Source: Planctomycetota bacterium (GTDB taxonomy: Bacteria; Planctomycetota; PLA2; JAEUHO01). From it: a stretch of DNA of 64,000 nt. The notes below the pieces were generated by a model, which worked only from the letters and a program-made list of their open reading frames with translations, did no database searches and was not told where the DNA came from. Within the stretch, counting starts at the first letter, position 1. Each line of letters starts with the position of its first letter. A program made the position numbers and the translations under genes. The stretch spans positions 174,336-238,335 of the forward strand of contig CBDCWP010000040.1 in NCBI GenBank assembly GCA_965223505.1, read 5' to 3'. Shown piece after piece: positions 49,360 to 56,905 of this stretch.

Positions 49360-49584
49360 ATGAAGAAGATCGTTGCGATCGTCGCGCTCGTGGGCTTCTG
49401 CAGCCTGCTCGGCGCTTGTTCGAACTTGCTGGGTTGCGGCTGCGAGCCGGATCCGTGCTGCGAGCCCGTCTACCAGAGCCCCTGCTGCCCCGCTCCGAGC
49501 GGTGGTATCGCGGGCACGCCCGCCAGCGGTGGCGGCGGTGGTGGCGGCGGCAGCTGCGGCGGCGGCAGCGGCTGCGGCGGCTAG
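49360..49584 (+). CDS. Small cysteine-rich lipoprotein 1 (74 aa)
   Basis: RBS GGAGG; MKKIVAIVALVGFCSLLGA-C lipobox; DPCC and SPCC motifs; Gly/Cys tail. Confidence 0.85.
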   Translation: MKKIVAIVALVGFCSLLGACSNLLGCGCEPDPCCEPVYQSPCCPAPSGGIAGTPASGGGGGGGGSCGGGSGCGG

Positions 49585-49660
49585 CCAACTCTGCCGGTTC
49601 GGTTGAGCCGGCCTACAGCCGACCGTGAAGGCCCCGGCAGGGGGGCCTGACAGTCAGCAG

Positions 49661-49693
49661 GGCGTGGTGCGGTTTTCCGCATCACGCCTTTTT
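49661..49693 (+). terminator. Intrinsic terminator
   Basis: GGCGTGGTGCGG-TTTT-CCGCATCACGCC-TTTTT. Confidence 0.8.
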
Positions 49694-49870
49694 CAATTGC
49701 GCTCGTGCCGGGCTCCCCCATCGAACGGCATTCCCAACCGGTCCATTGGCCCTGCCGATGCACAAGATGATTTGCAGCGCCTGCATCGATGCACTACATT
49801 TGAGGCGTCGCGGGATGGCCGCGATACGAGGTCGCGGCAATCCGGCCGCACCCGGGTAGGAGACATACAG

Positions 49871-50023
49871 ATGAAGCGACTCAGCGTTGCACTCTTGACG
49901 CTGGTTCTGGCCGCCGGCTTCCTCGCCGGCTGCTGCTGCGATGACCCCTGTGCGCCGGACGATCCCTGCGCTGCGCCCGCTGACAGCGGTGGCGGCGGCA
50001 GCTGCGGCGGCGGCAAGGGCTGA
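49871..50023 (+). CDS. Small cysteine-rich lipoprotein 2 (50 aa)
   Basis: RBS AGGAG; FLAG-CCCDDPCAPDDPC... Confidence 0.87.
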   Translation: MKRLSVALLTLVLAAGFLAGCCCDDPCAPDDPCAAPADSGGGGSCGGGKG

Positions 50024-50112
50024 GGCTAGTTGCCTCGCCGGCTCGTGTAGCCGGCATCAAGAACCAGCCGTAAAAGACAACCCCTCTTCGTGAGGGCATT
50101 GGTAGTTCGCGA

Positions 50113-50148
50113 GGGCGGTGCGGGATTCCCGCACCGCCCTTTCCTTTT
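50113..50148 (+). terminator. Intrinsic terminator
   Basis: GGGCGGTGCGGG-ATT-CCCGCACCGCCC-TTTCCTTTT. Confidence 0.8.
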
Positions 50149-50362
50149 GCCGATACGTAGGACGTCAATCATCGTAAACGCCGAACAGGAATGGACATAG
50201 GACCCTAGAACGAAGGCGGCGTTGATTGCGATGGCGCAGTGATTGACCTATCTTCTTCGCTCCACTGCGGGTGTTTCGCAGCGGCAAGAGGAAGCGGCGA
50301 CGGCGTCGCACCACCCATCATTTCGGCTCCGCACCTCGCGCGGGGACCGGGTAGGAGAAACG

Positions 50363-50551
50363 ATGAAGCGTCTTGGATTCGCGGTTTTGACGCTGGTGCT
50401 GGCTGCCGGCCTGTTTGCCGGTTGCTGCTGTGACGACCCCTGCGCGCCGGACCCGTGCGCTGCGCCGGCCTCGGCGCCCGCCGATGCCGGCGGCGGCGGC
50501 GGCAGCTGTGGCGGTGGCGGCGGCTGCGGCGGCGGCAAGGGGTGCGGCTAG
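50363..50551 (+). CDS. Small cysteine-rich lipoprotein 3 (62 aa)
   Basis: RBS AGGAG; LFAG-CCCDDPCAPDPC... Confidence 0.87.
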   Translation: MKRLGFAVLTLVLAAGLFAGCCCDDPCAPDPCAAPASAPADAGGGGGSCGGGGGCGGGKGCG

Positions 50552-50587
50552 CGCACCGGGTTCCGTTTGGAACGCAATGAGTAGGCG

Positions 50588-50622
50588 ATGGGCGTCGCGC
50601 TTCGTGCGCGGCGCCCATTTTT
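50588..50622 (+). terminator. Intrinsic terminator
   Basis: ATGGGCGTCGCGC-TTCGT-GCGCGGCGCCCAT-TTTT. Confidence 0.8.
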
Positions 50623-50798
50623 CATTGCCTGTTTTCGTGTTCTTTCGGGGTTCGACACAGAAGTGTTGTTTCCGCGAAATGGATACCTACGATGTCTGCG
50701 CTCGTGGGAGGGGTTTCTACGGGCTCCTCGAGACGTCGAGGGCAGGTTTAACGCCGCGGGGAAACACCCCAACGCGATTCGATCCTTTAGGAGCGCAT

Positions 50799-50918
50799 AT
50801 GCGTAAGTTCGCAACCCTTTTGATTCTTGCCGTTCTCGCGTTCGGCGTCGCCGGCTGCTGCTGCGACGATCCGTGCGATCCGTGCGCTGAGCCGGATCCG
50901 TGCGACCCCTGCGGTTAG
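50799..50918 (+). CDS. Small cysteine-rich lipoprotein 4 (39 aa)
   Basis: RBS AGGAG; GVAG-CCCDDPCDPCAEPDPCDPCG. Confidence 0.87.
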   Translation: MRKFATLLILAVLAFGVAGCCCDDPCDPCAEPDPCDPCG

Positions 50919-50971
50919 TCGCGGAACGGTAGGACGACGTTCGCGCATCGGCGTGGCGTCGTACAAAACGG

Positions 50972-51006
50972 AAACGCGGGTGGGCTTCGGCTCACCCGCG
51001 TTTTTT
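50972..51006 (+). terminator. Intrinsic terminator
   Basis: CGCGGGTGGGC-TTCG-GCTCACCCGCG-TTTTTT. Confidence 0.85.
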
Positions 51007-51184
51007 CGTTGATAGGTGGGCTCCTCCAGGGAACCGTGGGCCATCGATTGCGCCCTGACATCGGCTGCATAGGATGACCGGCACTCGTTGGGAGGGATTC
51101 TCTACGGGTCTCTCGTCGAGACGTCGATGAGAGGTTTTCGCCGACGGTGTGGAATGCGCCGGCGGTGCACTTCAAAAGGAGCGC

Positions 51185-51331
51185 ATGATGCGTAAGTTCG
51201 GAACTCTTCTTCTCTTGGCAGTTCTCTCGTTCGGTATCGCCGGTTGCTGCGGCTGGGATCCTTGCTGCGATCCCTGTGACCCGTGCTGCAACCCGGATCC
51301 CTGTGATCCCTGCGATCCCTGCGCGAAGTAG
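51185..51331 (+). CDS. Small cysteine-rich lipoprotein 5 (48 aa)
   Basis: RBS AAGGAG; GIAG-CCGWDPCCDPCDPCCNPDPCDPCDPCAK. Confidence 0.87.
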   Translation: MMRKFGTLLLLAVLSFGIAGCCGWDPCCDPCDPCCNPDPCDPCDPCAK

Positions 51332-51377
51332 CTCGCTGCAGAGAAGACGCGCAGGACGTCCTGCGCACCCCATCGAA

Positions 51378-51411
51378 GCGCGGAGTGGGCGAGTGCCTGC
51401 TCCGCGTTTTT
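51378..51411 (+). terminator. Intrinsic terminator
   Basis: CGCGGAGTGGGC-GAGT-GCCTGCTCCGCG-TTTTT. Confidence 0.8.
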
Positions 51412-51496
51412 CAATTTCGAAGCGAACGCTAAGAACGCCTCGGGATGCTCGGTCGTCGCGCGTTGGGCGACGAAGAACCACATCGAGGAGCGAGGC

Positions 51497-51622
51497 ATGC
51501 GAAGGCTAGGGACTCTCATCTTGTTGGCGATCGTGTCGATCGGGATCGCGGGATGTTGCGGCTGGGATCCGTGTGATCCGTTCGGCTGCGACGACGACTG
51601 TTGCGATCCCTGCGACGAGTAG
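51497..51622 (+). CDS. Small cysteine-rich lipoprotein 6 (41 aa; absent from the ORF track)
   Basis: RBS GAGGAG; hand translation MRRLGTLILLAIVSIGIAG-CCGWDPCDPFGCDDDCCDPCDE*. Confidence 0.85.
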   Translation: MRRLGTLILLAIVSIGIAGCCGWDPCDPFGCDDDCCDPCDE

Positions 51623-51898
51623 GGACGAAAGACGGCGCGGAGTGAGCGAGAGGCCCTCTCCGCGCCGCGGCGAGTCGCGCACGCAGAACGTCTTCGACGT
51701 GCTGTGTCGGGGCGCTAGATGCCGATGAAGGGACGCGGGGTGGGTCGCGCCGAATTGCGTGCGTCGGGTGCACCCAGGCCGAACGCCCTTTGTCATGCAG
51801 GACTGGAGTCGCGGCACGCGGCGCGGGTCGCCGTTGCGGCCGTCACTCGACCGCACGCCGTCTGCCTTTGCGGCTGCCCTATGGGCGACCAGTTGCAT

Positions 51899-51947
51899 GT
51901 AGGGGCAGCCCTTGTGGCTGCCCTTGGGCGACCACGAGGGTCGCCCC
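51899..51947. repeat. GTAG-type REP doublet
   Basis: GTAGGGGCAGCCCTTGTGGCTGCCC-TT-GGGCGACCACGAGGGTCGCCCC. Confidence 0.88.
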
Positions 51948-51956
51948 GCTAGCGGG

Positions 51957-52148
51957 TTAGGGCCAGCTCGACATGCTCCAGCCGCGTCGCAGGAGGAGTC
52001 GTGTGGCGGCATAGGCCAGAAGCAGCAGCATGGCGGCCCGTACGACCCATGGGTTGAGCTTCTCCGCCGTGCTCTCCCTGTCACAGCGGTGGCCGCCCAG
52101 ACCGCGATGCCGCATCTTGATTCGTTTCTTGCACTTGCTGCACTTCAT
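51957..52148 (-). CDS. Small protein (CxxC N-terminus plus TM helix) between REP units
   Basis: MKCSKCKK...C...hydrophobic helix; no clear RBS. Confidence 0.45.
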   Translation of the reverse strand: MKCSKCKKRIKMRHRGLGGHRCDRESTAEKLNPWVVRAAMLLLLAYAATRLLLRRGWSMSSWP

Positions 52149-52228
52149 GAGGCGAACCAATTCTAGTTCGCCAACCAGCGGACTGGATCCACGAGGCCGC
52201 GCATCTCCGACTCGTGTTTCCGGGCCAT

Positions 52229-52296
52229 GGGCGACCACGAGGGTCGCCCCTACAGCGGTCACGCGACCGCGTTTGCCGGTTGCATGTAGGGGCGAC
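52229..52296. repeat. REP unit plus truncated REP
   Basis: GGGCGACCACGAGGGTCGCCCCTAC (52229-52253) and GTAGGGGCGAC (52286-52296). Confidence 0.8.
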
Positions 52297-52873
52297 GCAG
52301 CTGTACACCAAGCGCGGGATCCAGTGGCTTCGCGAGCAGCGACTGGGTGATGAGAACCAGGATCTGGCGCTGCAGTCGCTGGTGGATGTCGTTGCGGCTC
52401 TGCAGGAGCGCATCGAGAAGCTCACCGCTCGAATCCGCGAGTTGGCCGAGCAGGACGAAGTCTCAGGCTGGATCGTTCCGGCGCGAGATCTCCTGGGCGT
52501 CGCGTCGATCCGTCTTCTTGCCCTGCTTCTTCAGATCGAGCTTCGTGGCGTCCACCACAAGCATCTCCAAACCCGCTTCGCGGCAGGCCAGCACGAACCA
52601 GCGGTTGCAGCCCAACGCTTCCACCGCGAAGCGCCCGCCTCCGTAGGTGCCAAGAAACGCAACCAGCGCCGCGGCCGCCTTTCGATCCGGCAGGCGCCAC
52701 CGCCGCTCCTCTTCGATCTCGCCCTTCGCATCACGGACGCAGATTTGGGCGACACTCTTGTGCAGGTCGATTCCGACGTGGTATGCAGTCATGGGGTGGC
52801 AGTTCCTTCCTCGGCTGATGCCGTAAACACACTTGGCACGACCGAGGATCAGGGCTGCCACCTCCTATCCCAT
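52297..52873. mobile_element. Rearranged IS110-family remnant
   Basis: Minus-strand DEDD N-terminus (52463-52792); plus-strand fragment resembling the central helical region (about 52297-52465); structured non-coding end at 52795-52862. Confidence 0.75.
52463..52792 (-). pseudogene. Truncated IS110 recombinase (N-terminal RuvC-like DEDD domain only)
   Basis: VGIDLHK, AVEA, KKTDRRDA, then a premature stop. Confidence 0.85.
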
Positions 52874-52996
52874 CCCCTACGGCTATCAGGCGTCCGCTTG
52901 CCGGTTGCTTGCTGTGCGACATGCGGGACGCGCCGTAGGCGCCACACGGGGGGGGTAGGGCGTAGCGAAGCGGAGCCCGCAAGGGGGGCCATGCCC

Positions 52997-54446
52997 CATC
53001 GCCGTCAACTTAAGGAGGCCCCCGCGGGGCACCTGGTGGTGGCGGCAGTTCCCTCCATCGTCCCCGCCAGTCCGGCCGGCAGGTGTCGCGGGGTCGGTTG
53101 CCGCGGGTCTTGTCGGCGAGGATCCTCCAAAGTGGCACTTGGAGGCAGCAGGCGTCATGCCAGTCGGGCTTGCGCAGCTTCACTCCGGGGTTGGCGCGCT
53201 CGGTGAGCAAGAACCCCATCTCGAGGGTCACCAGGGTGGCTGAGGTGGCGCCGAGGAGCGGAAAGAGCTTCGCCTCGGAGATGTCTTCCGGCTCGACAGC
53301 AGCTTCGTGCGCGATTCGGCCCTGGGCTATGCGCATCGCGGTGTGCACGATCGCGGACGCATAGAGTTGCATCGCGATCGCGTTCGCGTTGCCGCAGTAG
53401 AAGCGATGGAGGTTGAGTACCTCCTTGAGGTCGTAGAACATGCGCTCGACCTCCCAGCGATCGGCGTACAGCTCTGCGATCTCCGCTGCGGATAGGCGCT
53501 CGGGATCCAGGACGTTGGTTGCGAACTCGTAGGTCTTCTCTCCCAGCGAGAGCCGAATCAGCCGAGCCGCAAGCCTGGCTTGCTTGCCGAACGTGACGGC
53601 TTTGTCCTGGAGCGTGCCCCCGCCGTAGGCGCAACTGCCCAAGTCCTCCTGCACCTCCACATGAGCATGTCGCTGGCGCCGAAACACCCCGTAAAGGCTA
53701 GCTTCTTGGGCTTCTGAGAGAAACTTCGGTGTTCCGTACAGACGGTCCCCGAGAACCAGGCTGCCCTTGGGAAGCTGCCCGAGCACCTCGCGAGCGGAAA
53801 TCAGCTCGCCTTTCTTCAACGTATGGGAGTAGCGCAGATCGGCCAGGCTGCCTCGCATGAGGTCGTAGCACGCGAGCATCGAACCGGGGATCGGCGTTGC
53901 CGTATCCTCCCACGTGATCTTCAAACGCCGCGCTACGGGATCGAGGTTCGAGCCATCCAGGATCAGGATGCGGTCGAAGCGCTCAGCAACATCCTGGTGG
54001 CGTTGGGCAAACCGAGCCGGCTCCGAAGAGCTCACACTCTCAACGAAGGCCCGAAACACCTTCGCGAAGAACTCCCATCGCAGGTTGCCACAGCGCTGGA
54101 AGAACGCCTGGTTGGAGGTTTCCACCGGCGGGTATCCGGACGACCGATCCCCAGCCGCCTCTCGAAGCGCTTGGCTGAGCGACTCAGGCGCCCGCAAGAT
54201 CACAGCTGTCCAGAACGCCACCATCTGTTGCAGCGTCCAGACGCGCTCGCGCTCGCCATCTCGGAGATCCTCGAACGCAGCCGCCACCAGCGACCCGTTC
54301 AGGTGCTCATGGAGCAGCTCGGCCACGCAGACGAGATCGACTTGATCATCTCGATTGGCCTTCGCCACCGCGCCCTCCTCACCTGAGGGATCGGAGTTGA
54401 ATCAGGCCAGAATTAGCGCAACCAGCGGCCTAAATTGACGGCGATG
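52997..54446 (-). mobile_element. IS4-family insertion sequence (IS231-like ends), 1450 bp
   Basis: Terminal inverted repeats CATCGCCGTCAA(C/T)TTA; 11-bp direct repeat GGGCCATGCCC at 52986-52996 and 54447-54457. Confidence 0.9.
53010..54368 (-). CDS. IS4-family DDE transposase
   Basis: LDGS, GDRLY, Y..RW.VE..F..LK (YREK) motifs. Confidence 0.92.
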   Translation of the reverse strand: MAKANRDDQVDLVCVAELLHEHLNGSLVAAAFEDLRDGERERVWTLQQMVAFWTAVILRAPESLSQALREAAGDRSSGYPPVETSNQAFFQRCGNLRWEFFAKVFRAFVESVSSSEPARFAQRHQDVAERFDRILILDGSNLDPVARRLKITWEDTATPIPGSMLACYDLMRGSLADLRYSHTLKKGELISAREVLGQLPKGSLVLGDRLYGTPKFLSEAQEASLYGVFRRQRHAHVEVQEDLGSCAYGGGTLQDKAVTFGKQARLAARLIRLSLGEKTYEFATNVLDPERLSAAEIAELYADRWEVERMFYDLKEVLNLHRFYCGNANAIAMQLYASAIVHTAMRIAQGRIAHEAAVEPEDISEAKLFPLLGATSATLVTLEMGFLLTERANPGVKLRKPDWHDACCLQVPLWRILADKTRGNRPRDTCRPDWRGRWRELPPPPGAPRGPP

Positions 54447-54570
54447 GGGCCATGCCCCCCTTGAAAAAGAACTTCTAGGTCGGACGCGCGCTCGCGCGCG
54501 TCTCCTGAGGGCGAAGCCCGAAGGCCGAGCGAAGCGAGGGACCGGTCGCGGCCTTCAGGCCGCGAAGAAG

Positions 54571-54599
54571 TGGTCGGGGTGGGGGGATTCGAACCCCCG
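54571..54599 (-). repeat. 29-bp duplicate of the tRNA-Pro 3' end (att-like)
   Basis: TGGTCGGGGTGGGGGGATTCGAACCCCCG identical to 54767-54795. Confidence 0.85.
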
Positions 54600-54766
54600 C
54601 TACGGGCGGCTTCGCCGCCGCTTCGCGGCACCCGCGGTGTCACCCAGGGGGCTTCCCAGCCCCCTACGCTGCGGACTCCGCTCCGCTACGTCCTTCGCTA
54701 CCCCAAACCAGTCGGGGGTTCGAATCCAACGCGCCGAGCTCGCGCGGCGTTCGAGAATGCGGCTGC

Positions 54767-54841
54767 TGGTCGGGGTGGGGGGATTCGAACCCCCGACTGG
54801 TAGCACCCAAAACTACCCCTCTACCACTGAGGTACACCCCG
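54767..54841 (-). tRNA. tRNA-Pro(TGG)
   Basis: CGGGGTG acceptor, GTAGT-ttTGGgt-GCTAC, TTCGAAT, ACCA. Confidence 0.93.
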
Positions 54842-54908
54842 AGTCCTGAATCAATGAAGAAGACTACATCGCCACGGCTTGGCCAAACAGAACGAGAAAC
54901 GCCCCGCT

Positions 54909-56717
54909 CTATCCGCCCGTCGTCGGACCGCCCGCTCCACTCCCAGGCCTCGGGCCCGGTGGTGGCGGCGCGCTCGGCCGCGGTGGCTTGGGCTTCGGTT
55001 TCGGCTCGCGCTTCCGATCGCCCTCTCCGTCCTTCGGATTCGTCTCGGGACGGCGACGCTCAGGCTCCTGCTCGACGATGCGCACGTTCTTGCTGAACGA
55101 CAGCAGATGCCCCTTCTGCAAGCACAGCGCCCACGGCGTACGCGGGAACTTCCGCGCCAGACGCTGCTGCGCCAACATCACCTCGGCGAACCGCGCGTTG
55201 CGCTCCTCCGACTTCAGATCCACCCTTCGGCGCGGGAGCGCGACACCTGCCGCGATCGGACCGGGGCGGATCTGCACCTCGCGGTACGTGACGTCCAGCT
55301 CGGTGATCGTGTCGAGCGCGGACAGCGCCTCGTACCAGTGGAACTGCACCTTCTTGAGCTGCACGCCGAGGAACTGGAAGTCGGCCTCGAGACGCTCCTT
55401 GAGCGGATCCTCGCCGGCCTTCTCCTCGCGCTCACGCCCGTTGGCGGTGCTCCACCACTTGAGCGCCTCCTCGACCATCTTGATCCGGCTCTTGCAGAGC
55501 TCCTTCGCCTCGCGCACCTCGTCGAGGTCCGTGTACCACTGCCGCGGGTTCGCCGTCGAACGCAACGGACGCGCCGGCCGCGGCTGCAAACTCGCACCGC
55601 GCCGCTCCAACGTCCCCAGCGTCCCGATGATCGGCGTCGCCTCGTTGGCCAGATGCTGCCAGATTCGAACGATGGCATGCGCGCGCCAGTCCTTGTTCAG
55701 CGACTTCAGGATCTTCGAACGCGGTCTGAGGTCGGGCGCAACCATCGCGAGCCGCGTGTAGTCGTAAAGCGACTTGCGCTTTCGCTGTTGGCGTTTGTTG
55801 AGCGCCGCCTGGGCGAAGTCGAACACGAAGTAGCGACCGCCCGAGGAGTACGCCAGCGTGGCGAGCGACCAATAGCCGTAGCCCGAGGGCACCGGATACT
55901 TCGGCGGGCGAACCCAGTAGAACTCGGTCTGCGCGAGATCGAACTCCCAACGGTACGGCACCAACCCGAACGCGGTGTCGCCGCCCATGTAGAGCGCGTT
56001 CTTCGTCTTCTTGCGCGGCAGCGGGTTGTAGCGCTCCGAAAGACCCGCGGCCTCGAGCCCGGGTCGCGGCTCATAGTCCTGGATCCAGCAGCGTTCGAAC
56101 GCCGACTCGCCGGCGATGCAGTAGAACGCCGCCTCGCTGTCGAGGACGGCGTCGCGCGTCGCCTCGACGTCGTCCTCGCCCTCGCCGCCCTCCTCCGAGA
56201 CGAACAGCATCGCCTTCGGACCGCCGTTCACCTTGCGCAGCAGCTTGGCGGCGCCGCGGATCTCCGCGTGGACGTTCTTCGGGCCGTCGAGCGGGAGGAA
56301 CGACAGGGCGCTCAGCGCGCTGTTCGAGTCCGTCGGCAGACGCGAGGGCTCGGCGTACTCCTGGGCGCCGACGCCGTAGACGCCGATGCGCATGCCCTTG
56401 GGGCCTTCGCTCCAGGCCACCTCGAGCCCGCTGCGAAGCTCCGCGATCTCGTTCTTCATCGAGGTCGTCGGATCGACGACGAGCAGCAGGACGGCCGGCG
56501 GTTGCTTGGTGTCCGCCTCCCAGCGCGCCTTCAGGTCGCGCGCCACGTAGGCCATGCACTCGTGGATCGAGGGCTTGCGCTCGAAGATCTCGCCGGGCGT
56601 CCTGGCCTCGTTCGAGACCTCGGCGGCGGCTGTCTGAAGCGCCCGGTCCGTTCCGGCCAACGGCAGGAGCAGCAAGACCAAGACGGCCGCTCGGAGAGGG
56701 CTCGAGAAGAAACGCAT
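54909..56717 (-). CDS. Secreted protein with VWA-like domain
   Basis: Signal peptide; LLVVDPTTSM (MIDAS-like); Pro-rich tail. Confidence 0.65.
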   Translation of the reverse strand: MRFFSSPLRAAVLVLLLLPLAGTDRALQTAAAEVSNEARTPGEIFERKPSIHECMAYVARDLKARWEADTKQPPAVLLLVVDPTTSMKNEIAELRSGLEVAWSEGPKGMRIGVYGVGAQEYAEPSRLPTDSNSALSALSFLPLDGPKNVHAEIRGAAKLLRKVNGGPKAMLFVSEEGGEGEDDVEATRDAVLDSEAAFYCIAGESAFERCWIQDYEPRPGLEAAGLSERYNPLPRKKTKNALYMGGDTAFGLVPYRWEFDLAQTEFYWVRPPKYPVPSGYGYWSLATLAYSSGGRYFVFDFAQAALNKRQQRKRKSLYDYTRLAMVAPDLRPRSKILKSLNKDWRAHAIVRIWQHLANEATPIIGTLGTLERRGASLQPRPARPLRSTANPRQWYTDLDEVREAKELCKSRIKMVEEALKWWSTANGREREEKAGEDPLKERLEADFQFLGVQLKKVQFHWYEALSALDTITELDVTYREVQIRPGPIAAGVALPRRRVDLKSEERNARFAEVMLAQQRLARKFPRTPWALCLQKGHLLSFSKNVRIVEQEPERRRPETNPKDGEGDRKREPKPKPKPPRPSAPPPPGPRPGSGAGGPTTGG

Positions 56718-56905
56718 GCCGTTCCTCAATCTACACCGGGAGCACCCGCCCGGGACGCCAATCGCCTCGTCGGCTTGAACCCCGACCGGCCCCATGGGAT
56801 GCGGTACCGGCGGCGGCGGCCGGGGATTCGTCCGCGAGCGCGTTCCGACGTAGTTCGCGGCTTCGTGGCGCGAGTCTCGCGGCACGGACCCGTATCATTT
56901 GCCGC

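Noticed and set aside
49360..51622. RiPP (lanthipeptide/ranthipeptide) biosynthetic cluster
   Set aside because: Leaders are lipoprotein signal peptides, cores 4-6 lack Ser/Thr, and no radical SAM, Lan, YcaO, peptidase or transporter gene is adjacent. Kept only as an alternative hypothesis.
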